DNA of 64,000 nucleotides from Acidobacteriota bacterium (GTDB taxonomy: Bacteria > Acidobacteriota > CAIWXX01): contig JBFMAF010000049.1 of assembly GCA_040755995.1 (NCBI GenBank), forward strand, positions 157,519-221,518. Direction: 5' to 3'. Each line of letters starts with the position of its first letter. The stretch's first letter is position 1. A model generated the notes under the pieces. It searched no databases and had not been told where the DNA came from. It saw nothing but the letters and a program-made list of their open reading frames with translations. This document shows positions 8,240-16,943 of the stretch, one piece after another. The position numbers were made by a program, and so were the translations under genes.

Positions 8240-9280
8240 GTGGCCAGAACCATGAAAGCAATCATCAAGGAGAAAGCTGGTCCGGGGCTGAAGCTCGTGG
8301 AGCGGCCGGTGCCGTCGTGCGGTCCGGGCGATGTACTGATCAAGATCACCGCGACGGCGATCTGCGGGACCGACGTTCACATCTACAAGTGGGATCGTTG
8401 GAGCGCCGAGCGTTTGAGGCCGCCTCTCATCATCGGACACGAGTTCTCCGGCTGCATCGAGGAGGTCGGCCCGGGAGTCAAAGGGCTGGCGGTCGGAGAC
8501 AGAGTCACCGCGGAGATGCACATCAGCTGCGGGATCTGCTATCAGTGCCGCACCGGCAAGGCGCACATCTGCAAGGATGTCGTCATACGCGGAGTCGACG
8601 GCGACGGCATCTTCGCGGACTACGCCGCTCTGCCCGCAGGCAACGTCTGGAAGCTCCATCCGTCCATCCCCGACGAGATCGCGTCCATTCACGACCCCAT
8701 CGGAAACGCGGTACATACCGTGTTCGAGGCGGACGTCGCGGGCCATCCCGTGCTGATACTGGGCTGCGGGCCGATCGGCTGCGCCGCGGTGGACGTAGCC
8801 CGAGCCTGCGGCGCGACATTCGTGGTGGCCTCCGACATCAACCCGTACCGGCTGGACCTGGCGAAGAAGATGGGCGCCGATCGGATCGTCAACACCACGG
8901 AGGAACGCGTCGAAGACGTCGTGATGGAGATGACGGGCGGATTGGGCGTCAACGTAGTTCTGGAAATGTCGGGCAGCCCGGACGCCATACAGAGCGGTTT
9001 GGCTGTGCTCAGGGCGGGGGGACGTATGGCACTACTGGGACTGCCGAGCAAACCGATCGAGCTTCATCTGTCCCGGGACGTGATCTTCAAGGGAGCCACG
9101 CTACTCGGCATCAACGGACGCAGGATGTTCGACACGTGGTACCAGATGGAGGCGCTGATCACGGGGCGCCGGGTCGACTTCAGCCGGCTCGTCACACACC
9201 GCTTCCCCATGTGCGAGTTCGACAAGGGAATGGAGCTCATGAGCTCTGGCAACAGCGGCAAGGTGATCCTGCTGCCATGA
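8240..9280 (+). CDS. tdh: L-threonine 3-dehydrogenase
   Basis: ICGTDVHIYKWD, GHEFSG, CGICYQC..C, GCGPIG, GRRMFDTW, SGNSGKVIL; SD aaggag. Confidence 0.93.
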   Translation: MARTMKAIIKEKAGPGLKLVERPVPSCGPGDVLIKITATAICGTDVHIYKWDRWSAERLRPPLIIGHEFSGCIEEVGPGVKGLAVGDRVTAEMHISCGICYQCRTGKAHICKDVVIRGVDGDGIFADYAALPAGNVWKLHPSIPDEIASIHDPIGNAVHTVFEADVAGHPVLILGCGPIGCAAVDVARACGATFVVASDINPYRLDLAKKMGADRIVNTTEERVEDVVMEMTGGLGVNVVLEMSGSPDAIQSGLAVLRAGGRMALLGLPSKPIELHLSRDVIFKGATLLGINGRRMFDTWYQMEALITGRRVDFSRLVTHRFPMCEFDKGMELMSSGNSGKVILLP

Positions 9281-9283
9281 GAG

Positions 9284-9306
9284 CAGTTGTCAGTTGCCGG
9301 TTGCCA
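9284..9306 (+). repeat. CRGTTGN heptamer array (3 units)
   Basis: cagttgt cagttgc cggttgc, directly after the tdh stop. Confidence 0.8.
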
Positions 9307-9450
9307 GCACGCCCAGGACGGTCGCTGATTACTGCCGGATGTCGCCGGCGCATGATGCAAGCGCCTTCGACTGCCCGGCAGTGCAACACGCTGTTCCGTT
9401 CAGGAGATCCGCCGGCCCGGCGCGAATTCAGGCCCCGATAAGGAGGACCT

Positions 9451-9621
9451 ATGGCGATTGATCCCGAATTGCTGGAAATACTTGCGTGCCCTCTGTGCAA
9501 GACCGAGCTGGAGCTGAAACCCGACCAGTCCGGCTTGAAGTGCAAGAAGTGCAAGCGCGTCTACCCGATCAAGGAGGACATCCCGATCATGTTGATCGAC
9601 GAGGCTGTCATAGAGGAGTGA
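9451..9621 (+). CDS. Trm112/YcaR family protein (56 aa, absent from the ORF track)
   Basis: MAIDPELLEILACPLCK..LKCKKCKRVYPIKEDIPIMLIDEA; SD aaggagg. Confidence 0.93.
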   Translation: MAIDPELLEILACPLCKTELELKPDQSGLKCKKCKRVYPIKEDIPIMLIDEAVIEE

Positions 9622-9631
9622 CCGGGTAGAG

Positions 9632-10729
9632 GTGCATCGTTTCCTGCTCCTGCGTTTCCGCCTCCTCGGCGACGTCATCCTGACCACACCCGCCTGCCGC
9701 ATGCTCAGAGCGAAGTACCCGGACGCACAGATCGACTATGTGGTGGAACCGCCACACCGCGAGGTCGTCGACGGGCTCCCGTGCCTCGACCGGGTGCACC
9801 TCTACGACCGGGTGCAGATCAAGCGCTCGTTCACCGGCATCGAAGGACTCCGCTTCGTCCGGCGCATGCGCCGCGAACACTACGACGCGTCGATCGATTT
9901 CCACGGCGGCCCGCGCAGCGGGCTCGTCACGCGCGCAATCGCCTCGCGCGTTCGCGTGGGCTACACGGGCCCCCACGGCCGGCTTTTCTACAATCGTAGA
10001 ATATCACGCCGGGTCCCCGGTGCGCGCATTCACAGCGTCCTGCAGCAGATGCGCCTGCTGGAGCCCTTCGGCATCGGGATCCCGGCGATGGTGCCGCGCC
10101 TCGAGATGGCTCCACCGCCGCCCGCGGCGTTGGAACGCGCCCGCGCGCTGGTGGAATCGGCCGGAGCGGCCGGCTTTGACGGCCTGGCGTCGGTTCACGT
10201 TCCGCCGGCGAGCCCCTTCCGGTGTTGGGGCACCGAGAAGATCGTGCGCGTTGCGTCTCATGTGGCGGCGCGAGGCCTGCGTCCGGTGCTTCTTGGCGGG
10301 CGCGACAGTCTCGATGTTGGCTCGACCGTTATCGCAGCGCTCGGTGGATCGGCGGACAGCCTTTTCGGCGAGACGACCCTGAGCGAGCTCCACGCGGTGA
10401 TTGCGGCCAGCCGCGTGTTCGTGGGTGTGGACAGCGGGCCGATGCATGTAGCCGCGACGACGGCGACGCCGATTGTGGCGGTTTTCGGCCCGAATGTTCC
10501 CGAAGTCAGCGGCCCGTGGACGGACCGGGCGACGATCGTGGAGGAATCGCTGGACTGCCGTCCATGCAATCAACGTCGCTGCCGCCATGGGGATTTCCGC
10601 TGCTTCGGCCGGGTGGATGCCGCGCGTGTAGTCGACGCGGTGGATCGGTGGCTGGCGGATCCGCCGCCCCCTCCGAGCTCGGGCATTCCCCGCGACCTTT
10701 ATGCTCGTGGAGCTCCGGGTGTAGAATAG
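9632..10729 (+). CDS. Glycosyltransferase family 9 (LPS heptosyltransferase-like)
   Basis: LGDVILTTP, GVDSGPMHVA, VAVFGP, CRPC..C..C. Confidence 0.92.
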   Translation: MHRFLLLRFRLLGDVILTTPACRMLRAKYPDAQIDYVVEPPHREVVDGLPCLDRVHLYDRVQIKRSFTGIEGLRFVRRMRREHYDASIDFHGGPRSGLVTRAIASRVRVGYTGPHGRLFYNRRISRRVPGARIHSVLQQMRLLEPFGIGIPAMVPRLEMAPPPPAALERARALVESAGAAGFDGLASVHVPPASPFRCWGTEKIVRVASHVAARGLRPVLLGGRDSLDVGSTVIAALGGSADSLFGETTLSELHAVIAASRVFVGVDSGPMHVAATTATPIVAVFGPNVPEVSGPWTDRATIVEESLDCRPCNQRRCRHGDFRCFGRVDAARVVDAVDRWLADPPPPPSSGIPRDLYARGAPGVE

Positions 10730-10739
10730 CGGCGGAGCG

Positions 10740-11924
10740 ATGCCCATGATTCAGATACGTGACAATCCTTTCCTGCTGAAGAAGTGCGCGCCGGCCTTCA
10801 TCCTGCTCTTCGTCCTGTCGCTGCCGGTTTCGATTGCGGCGGCTGAAATCTGCCTGACGGTTCTCTTCGCCCTGATCGTGATCACGTTTCGGGGGCACCG
10901 CCTGTCGGATGCCGGTGTGATCACGGTGCCGATCATCCTGTACTCGGGGTTCTCGATGATCTCGGCGATCTTCTCGTTGAATCTCGAGCACAGCCTGGAG
11001 GACATCAAGAGCCTGGTGCTGTTTGCGACGCCGTTCCTGATCACGTACTTCAAGGACTCAGTGCCGCGCCTGAAGACGATCGTGGCCGCGCTGTACGTAG
11101 GGGCTGTGCCGAGCGCCCTCTACGCGCTATACCAGTATTGGACTACCGAGGGCGAAAGGGCCACCGGCTTCATGAGCCATTGGATGACGTTTGCCGAGCA
11201 GATGATGCTGATCGGTGGTGTAGCGTTCGCATTCGTGCTTTTCGACAAGGGACGATGGCGGTGGATCTCCGCGCTCGTCATGATCGTGCTCGCGGCCGGC
11301 TGCGTCGCTTCGCTGACGCGCTCCTCTTGGCTCGCGGTGCTCGCAGGTGTGGCGGTGCTGGTGGCGATCCGCAAGCCGATCTTGACCCTCGCCATCCCCG
11401 TGGGCATCGTGGTATTCCTGGCCCTGGCACCCTCGGAGATCCGCGGCCGTGCGTTGAGCGTCGTGAATCCGTACGACACCAGCAATCGAAACCGGTTGCT
11501 GATGGTCAAGAGCGGTCTGTACATGGTACGAGACCATCCGCTGCTGGGTGTCGGACCGGACGTGGTGGGTCTCGTCTATCCGCAGTACATGGACCCGCGC
11601 GCCACACCCGGTGCGGTTCACCTGCACAACAACATCATCCAGATCGCCGCCGAGCGTGGGCTGCCCACCCTGGCCGCCTGGCTGTGGCTGATGGTCGCAG
11701 CCGCGGTCGCCAGCTTCCGCCTGCTTCGCCGGTCGCCCGCGGCATCCGCATTCGCAGCCGCCGCATTGTTCGCGGTCGTCGGTATGTTCGTCTCGGGACT
11801 TTTCGAGTTCAACTTCGAGGACTCCGAGGTGAAGCTGCTCTTCCTGTTCATACTCACTGTCATGTTCCTGGCACGCGATGGGCACGGCATGCCGCGAGAG
11901 AAAGAACCGGAGCCGTCATCGTAG
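10740..11924 (+). CDS. O-antigen ligase (Wzy_C/WaaL) family protein
   Basis: Multi-TM; SLTRSSW, DHPLLGVG, HLHNNIIQIAAERG. Confidence 0.9.
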   Translation: MPMIQIRDNPFLLKKCAPAFILLFVLSLPVSIAAAEICLTVLFALIVITFRGHRLSDAGVITVPIILYSGFSMISAIFSLNLEHSLEDIKSLVLFATPFLITYFKDSVPRLKTIVAALYVGAVPSALYALYQYWTTEGERATGFMSHWMTFAEQMMLIGGVAFAFVLFDKGRWRWISALVMIVLAAGCVASLTRSSWLAVLAGVAVLVAIRKPILTLAIPVGIVVFLALAPSEIRGRALSVVNPYDTSNRNRLLMVKSGLYMVRDHPLLGVGPDVVGLVYPQYMDPRATPGAVHLHNNIIQIAAERGLPTLAAWLWLMVAAAVASFRLLRRSPAASAFAAAALFAVVGMFVSGLFEFNFEDSEVKLLFLFILTVMFLARDGHGMPREKEPEPSS

Positions 11925-11981
11925 GTCACCAGCCTGCTGAGCGCACCTGAGGAGTCGGCCGGATCAGGATCTCACCCTGAC

Positions 11982-12010
11982 TTGACCTGCTCACGCCGCG
12001 CGACTATAGT
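11982..12010 (+). promoter_or_regulatory. Sigma70-type promoter
   Basis: TTGACC - 17 nt - TATAGT upstream of the small Zn-ribbon gene. Confidence 0.65.
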
Positions 12011-12049
12011 CACATCACGTCCAGGTCAAGCGACACGGAGGTGCATAGC

Positions 12050-12268
12050 ATGCCCGACCCAAACGTCCCGACGGTCCAAGCCGAGGCCGAGTACCTTCTG
12101 GAAAACCCGTTGAAGTGCCCTCGCTGTGAACAGGAGATTTCCTCGCTGCAGGTGGTACGGCTGATCAGAGCGAAGGTGAACTTCGTCTCTACACTTCCCC
12201 GCCGCGGCTACGTGATCATCTGCCCCGCCTGCAAAGGGATCATCACCGCTGAGCTGGCGATGGCCTGA
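12050..12268 (+). CDS. Small zinc-ribbon hypothetical protein
   Basis: CPRC..CPAC pairs; SD ggagg 8 nt upstream; own promoter. Confidence 0.75.
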   Translation: MPDPNVPTVQAEAEYLLENPLKCPRCEQEISSLQVVRLIRAKVNFVSTLPRRGYVIICPACKGIITAELAMA

Positions 12269-12480
12269 GGCCTGAGCTCTGCCTGCCGTGGGCCAGCCCG
12301 GGGGCTGAGGGCGCCCGGCGTCATGCCGCCGGTCGCGCGCTCTTGGGCGCGCGTGGCGCTTTGTGACACTTCCGTGACATACCACCTCCGCGCTCGGGCC
12401 TATAATGAGCCGGTTTTGCGGCTTGAGGCCAAGAGGATGTCGCGGTTGAGTCAGGTTCTCGCAGCGGTGCGTCACTGCTA

Positions 12481-12508
12481 CTCTCCACTCTCCACTCTCT
12501 GCTCTCTG
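12481..12508 (-). repeat. TGGAGAG-type heptamer array (4 units)
   Basis: Plus strand ctctcca ctctcca ctctctg ctctctg. Confidence 0.8.
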
Positions 12509-12576
12509 CACGAGGCGCGGCCGGCGCAGCCTCGCAAGGTTCATCGGCCCGAGGCCGCGCCTCGCTAAATGGTGCC

Positions 12577-13932
12577 ATGTACGACGCCGCGGTGATCGGT
12601 GCCGGGATATCCGGGCTTTCGGCCGCATGCCGAATCCTCTCCGCCGGCCTGTCTGTGGCGGTGTTCGAGTCGGAGAGCTCCCCCGGCGGCAACATGCGTA
12701 CGGCACGCGAGAGTGGCTATCTGCTCGAACGCGGTCCGCACAGCTTCCTGGGATCGAGCCGGGCCATCTGGAAGTTGCTTGCAGACGTCTCGTTTCTGGA
12801 CGCCGTGCAGCCAGCCACCCCGGCCGCGCGATACCGGTATATCTATCGCGACGGGCGCCTGCATGCGCTTCCTATGAGCCCGATGCAGTTCATCACGACG
12901 CGGCTGCTCGGCACGCGCGCCAAGCTGAGGCTCCTGGCGGAGCCCCTCGTGCCCGGCAAGGCATCACCGGAGGACACCGTCGAGACGTTTTTCGCACGGC
13001 GGTTCGGAAGAGAGGCCGCCACCTACATCACCGGACCCTTCGTCTCCGGCATATACGCAGGCGATCCGTCGCAACTCGGCGCGGCCGACAGCTTCCCGGT
13101 CTTCTGGGAGCTCGAGTCGACCTCCGGCAGCCTTGTGCTCGGCGGCCTCCGCCTGATGATCGGCCGCCGCAAGAACGGCGACGGGCCCCGCCGACACGGC
13201 CTGTTCAGCTTCGGAGGCGGATTGGGCGACCTCATGCATCATCTCGCATCGCGCCTCGGACCGGCTCTCCACCTGAACACACCGGTCCAATCGCTCGCGC
13301 AGGACGGCCGGTCCTGGCGCGTGATCTGCGAGCAAGACGTCCGCGCCCGCGCGGTCGTCGTGACGGCACCGCCTTACGAGGCTGCCAGGATGATCCCGGG
13401 CGATCTCGCAGTGCTGCTAGGCAGCATGCCGTTCGTTCCGGTCGCGGTCGTGCATCTCGGATCCCCGAGGCCGGTCGAAGGTGTGCCCAGGGGATTCGGT
13501 TTCCTGATCCCTCGCCACTACGGTATCCGCACGCTCGGCACCGTCCTTGTCTCGCAGCTGTTCCACGGCCGAGCCCCGGGTGACGGCACTCTGCTCACCT
13601 CCTTCCTCGGCGGTGCATTCGACCGCACTGTCCTGGACCTCTCCGATGACGAGCTTGTCTCGATTGCGCGTGAAGACTTCAGGCGAATCACGGGCGTGAG
13701 TTTTCCTGAGGACTTCGCGCGGGTCGTGCGGCATCCGCGCGCGATCCCACAGCTCGAGGTTGGCCACAGGAAGAAGGTCACCGAGATCCACAGACTGGCA
13801 GCCGGGACCCCAGGCCTCTTCTTCGCGGGCAACTACCTGCGGGGCGTCGGCATGAACGATGCGGCGGCCAGCGGGTACGCCGCCGCGGAGTCCGCCGTCC
13901 GATACCTGTCGGAATCGCAAGATCATGGTTAG
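12577..13932 (+). CDS. hemY: Protoporphyrinogen/coproporphyrinogen oxidase (HemY-type)
   Basis: VIGAGISGL FAD motif, ERGPHSF, GIYAGD, AIPQ..GH, AGNY..GVG. Confidence 0.92.
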   Translation: MYDAAVIGAGISGLSAACRILSAGLSVAVFESESSPGGNMRTARESGYLLERGPHSFLGSSRAIWKLLADVSFLDAVQPATPAARYRYIYRDGRLHALPMSPMQFITTRLLGTRAKLRLLAEPLVPGKASPEDTVETFFARRFGREAATYITGPFVSGIYAGDPSQLGAADSFPVFWELESTSGSLVLGGLRLMIGRRKNGDGPRRHGLFSFGGGLGDLMHHLASRLGPALHLNTPVQSLAQDGRSWRVICEQDVRARAVVVTAPPYEAARMIPGDLAVLLGSMPFVPVAVVHLGSPRPVEGVPRGFGFLIPRHYGIRTLGTVLVSQLFHGRAPGDGTLLTSFLGGAFDRTVLDLSDDELVSIAREDFRRITGVSFPEDFARVVRHPRAIPQLEVGHRKKVTEIHRLAAGTPGLFFAGNYLRGVGMNDAAASGYAAAESAVRYLSESQDHG

Positions 13933-15139
13933 GAAGCGGGCCACAACGCCGCCTGCGGAGGTTCCAATCGGGCTGGTGGGGTGCGATTTCAGGGTGGCTT
14001 CAAGCCGCTGGCGGTCGGCCCTCGTGATGTCGAAAGAGGAACGCATCAAGATGGCCGCTGATCTCGTGAAGAGCGGCATGGTGATGGGCATGGCGTTCCT
14101 GGATACGTGCAATCGCAACGAGATTCTGTACGCCGCGGAGAAGCCCGCCTGGACTGGAGAGATCATCAAGGCGCAGATGATGAAGCGCTGGCACGGCATG
14201 AACGGCCAGCCGCCCAGGCCCTACGTGATGGTGGGCAATGACGCTACGCGTCATGTCCTCCGGGTAGCCGCCGGCCTCGAATCGTTCGTGGTGGGCGAGA
14301 GGCAGATCACAACGCAGCTCAATCGCGCGCTCGAACGGTCGCGAAAGGAGGGGATGTCGAGCGTACATCTCAACGGCCTGGGGGCGATCGCGGCGCGCGT
14401 GGCGAGGGACGTCCGCCGGCGCGCGCCGCTGGGGAACGTTGTGCGGGGAGTCCACGAGGTGGCGGCTCGCTACATCCTGCGGCACGTGAAACCGCCGGCC
14501 ACGGTGGTGGTCATTGGCACCGGAGAGATCGGCAGGCGCGTCGTCGGCGCGATCAGGCCGATGCCCAGGTTCAAGGTGTATTCCATGAACCGGACGGTGC
14601 TGCGGGGCGGAGGCCGCGTGCTGCCGCTCACGGAGCTCCCGCATACGAGGGCCGACGTGATCGTAGCATGCACCGCGGCCCTGAACCCGGTCGTCACCAA
14701 AGCCAACCTGCCGCCGGGTCGCCGAGCTCCTGCGCAGCCGCTCCTTCTGATCGACCTCGGCATTCCCGCGCAGATAGACAGTCGAGTGGCGGGCATGCCG
14801 GCCGTGGTCCGCGTGGATCTGGACAACCTGCTCGCCGAGGAACGTCTCGACCCGATCGCCGCCGAGAGACTCGGTGCAGCGTCGAGCATCACGGAGGATG
14901 GGCTGTACGAGTATGCCCAGTTCTGCCAGCGCAGGCGCTTCGTCACCCTGCTGGATGCGACTCGCAAGAGGCACGAAGAGTTCATTTCGAAACGCGTCCC
15001 GGATATGCTCGACCAGGTGCTTCCCGATGCGGACCGCGAAACGAGGGGCCAGATCGAGTATCAGCTCCGCGGCCTCATCCGCCAGTACACCAACTCCATC
15101 TTCCGCTCGATCAACGAGTCGTTGGCGGAGGAGCAATGA
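13925..15139 (+). CDS. hemA: Glutamyl-tRNA reductase
   Basis: TCNRNE catalytic Cys, VAAGLESFVVGERQI, IGTGEIG, IDLGIP. Confidence 0.88.
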   Translation: MVRKRATTPPAEVPIGLVGCDFRVASSRWRSALVMSKEERIKMAADLVKSGMVMGMAFLDTCNRNEILYAAEKPAWTGEIIKAQMMKRWHGMNGQPPRPYVMVGNDATRHVLRVAAGLESFVVGERQITTQLNRALERSRKEGMSSVHLNGLGAIAARVARDVRRRAPLGNVVRGVHEVAARYILRHVKPPATVVVIGTGEIGRRVVGAIRPMPRFKVYSMNRTVLRGGGRVLPLTELPHTRADVIVACTAALNPVVTKANLPPGRRAPAQPLLLIDLGIPAQIDSRVAGMPAVVRVDLDNLLAEERLDPIAAERLGAASSITEDGLYEYAQFCQRRRFVTLLDATRKRHEEFISKRVPDMLDQVLPDADRETRGQIEYQLRGLIRQYTNSIFRSINESLAEEQ

Positions 15140-15162
15140 GGGCCGGACGCGCGGCGGCGTAG

Positions 15163-16113
15163 ATGGTGGACCCGCAACGACGAGTGCTGAGGATCGGGAC
15201 GCGCGGGAGCGCCCTGGCTCTGTGGCAGGCCCGTCACGTGGCAGACTTGATCGCGGCCCCAACCGAGCTCAAGATCATCACCACCTCGGGCGATCGCTTC
15301 ATCGACGCCTCGCCCACGGGGCGGCTGGAAGAGGGGTTCTTCACGAAGGAGATCGAGGACAAACTGCTGGCCGGTGAAATCGACCTCGCTGTGCACTCGC
15401 TCAAGGACCTGCCCACGAGACTCTCCGACGGACTGGCGCTCGGCGCCGTGAGCGCTCGAGCCGCAGTGAGCGACATGCTGCTGGTACACCCGGAGTGGGT
15501 GGACGGAGCCGCCCGATTGCCGGTGAGAGCGGGAGGCCGTGTCGGAGCGTCTTCGTTGAGACGGCAGTCCATGGTTCGCACATTCGGCGAAGGCCTGGAA
15601 CCGGCGCAGCTCCGCGGCAACGTTCCCACTCGCGTTGAGAAGTGCCGCCGCGGCGAATACGCAGCCGTGATCGTGGCCTCGGCTGGAATCAAGCGGCTGG
15701 ATCTGGACCTTTCGGGCCTGGCGACATTCGAGCTACTTCCGCAAGTGTGGATCCCGGCCCCAGGTCAAGCCGTGCTGGGTGTCGAGATCCGCGAGGACGA
15801 CCAGGAAGCTCGCGGCGCAGTGGCCGCCGTGGATCACGCGGAAAGCCGGCAGTGCGCGCGGATCGAACGTGAGCTGCTCCACCGTTTCGAAGGAGGCTGC
15901 CACGAGGCATTCGGTGCCTGGGCCTCGCGAGAAGGGCCACGGTTGGTAGTCAGGCTGGGCCATGAGGATTCTCTCGGACGGTGGCGATCGGTGGTCGTGG
16001 CAGGCGAGGACGAGGCACGGCTCACCGAGGCCGCCTTTGCAGAGTTGCGCCGCGAGATGTCGTCGGAGCCGCGCCGGAGCGAAGCCGAGGCGATCTGCCG
16101 AAGACTATTCTGA
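15163..16113 (+). CDS. hemC: Porphobilinogen deaminase
   Basis: IGTRGSALALWQA, FTKEIE, AVHSLKDLP, SSLRR, LRGNVPTR, EGGC. Confidence 0.95.
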   Translation: MVDPQRRVLRIGTRGSALALWQARHVADLIAAPTELKIITTSGDRFIDASPTGRLEEGFFTKEIEDKLLAGEIDLAVHSLKDLPTRLSDGLALGAVSARAAVSDMLLVHPEWVDGAARLPVRAGGRVGASSLRRQSMVRTFGEGLEPAQLRGNVPTRVEKCRRGEYAAVIVASAGIKRLDLDLSGLATFELLPQVWIPAPGQAVLGVEIREDDQEARGAVAAVDHAESRQCARIERELLHRFEGGCHEAFGAWASREGPRLVVRLGHEDSLGRWRSVVVAGEDEARLTEAAFAELRREMSSEPRRSEAEAICRRLF

Positions 16114-16115
16114 GG

Positions 16116-16817
16116 TTGGATCGCTTGCCGCCCGTCGTGCTCACCCGTTCGCCGGATGACAACCAGGAGCTGGCCGCGACGCTGCGCAGCTACGGTCTGG
16201 AGGTACTCGAGTACCCCTGCGTCGAGATCCGTGTCGTGGATGTGGAGGCGGTATCGCGCCAGGTCGCCTGTGTTGCATTCACGAGTCGGCCGGCGGTCAG
16301 AGGTTTCTTTGCGAACGGTCTTGACCGCGGCCTGAGGCCGCACGTTGTCGGGGCCGTGGGCGCTTCGACTTCGGCGGAGCTGCTGAAGAACGGCTGGGAG
16401 GCGACTCACGTTCCGGCGGTGTCGAACGCCGAGGAGCTTGCCGCAGTGCTCTGCAGCGCGTTACATCCCGGCGACGTCGTGCTCTGGCCGCGCGGGGAGA
16501 TGGCCACTGAGAGCTTCGGGGCGATCCTTCGGGAAGCGGGTCTGGATGTGATCGAGCGTGTGGTGTATGTGAACGTGGAGCCGCAGCTCCGTCCCATTGC
16601 AGGCCCCTGCTCGGCGGTTGTCTTCGCGAGCCCGTCGGCGGCGCGCCGCTTCTTTGCCGCCAACCCGGGGCTGGCTGTGGCGCCGGTCGTGGCCATTGGC
16701 AACCGCACGGCGGGCGCTGCCCGCGATGCCGGCGCAAAGAACGTCATCGAATCGGAGCGCCCGTCCAACGACGAGATCGCGCGAGCGCTGCTGCGCGCGT
16801 TCCAGACGACTTGGTAG
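16116..16817 (+). CDS. hemD: Uroporphyrinogen-III synthase
   Basis: VVLTRS, AFTSRPAV, AVGASTS, VFASPSAA, AIGNRTA; follows hemC. Start approximate. Confidence 0.88.
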   Translation: MDRLPPVVLTRSPDDNQELAATLRSYGLEVLEYPCVEIRVVDVEAVSRQVACVAFTSRPAVRGFFANGLDRGLRPHVVGAVGASTSAELLKNGWEATHVPAVSNAEELAAVLCSALHPGDVVLWPRGEMATESFGAILREAGLDVIERVVYVNVEPQLRPIAGPCSAVVFASPSAARRFFAANPGLAVAPVVAIGNRTAGAARDAGAKNVIESERPSNDEIARALLRAFQTTW

Positions 16818-16943
16818 TGACGTTCAGCAGCCGAAGCCGAATGGAACGGCGTTGGATTCCGCATCCATCAGGACCGGTTCCTGGGTAGGCGCCCGCGGGC
16901 CGGTCAACCGACCGGGCGGCGGTCGAGATCGCGATCGCCGCGT

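Noticed and set aside
15136..15165. In-frame TAG before the hemC ATG, suggesting readthrough or recoding
   Set aside because: The 8-codon mini-ORF adds nothing conserved, and other genes here use TAG as a normal stop.
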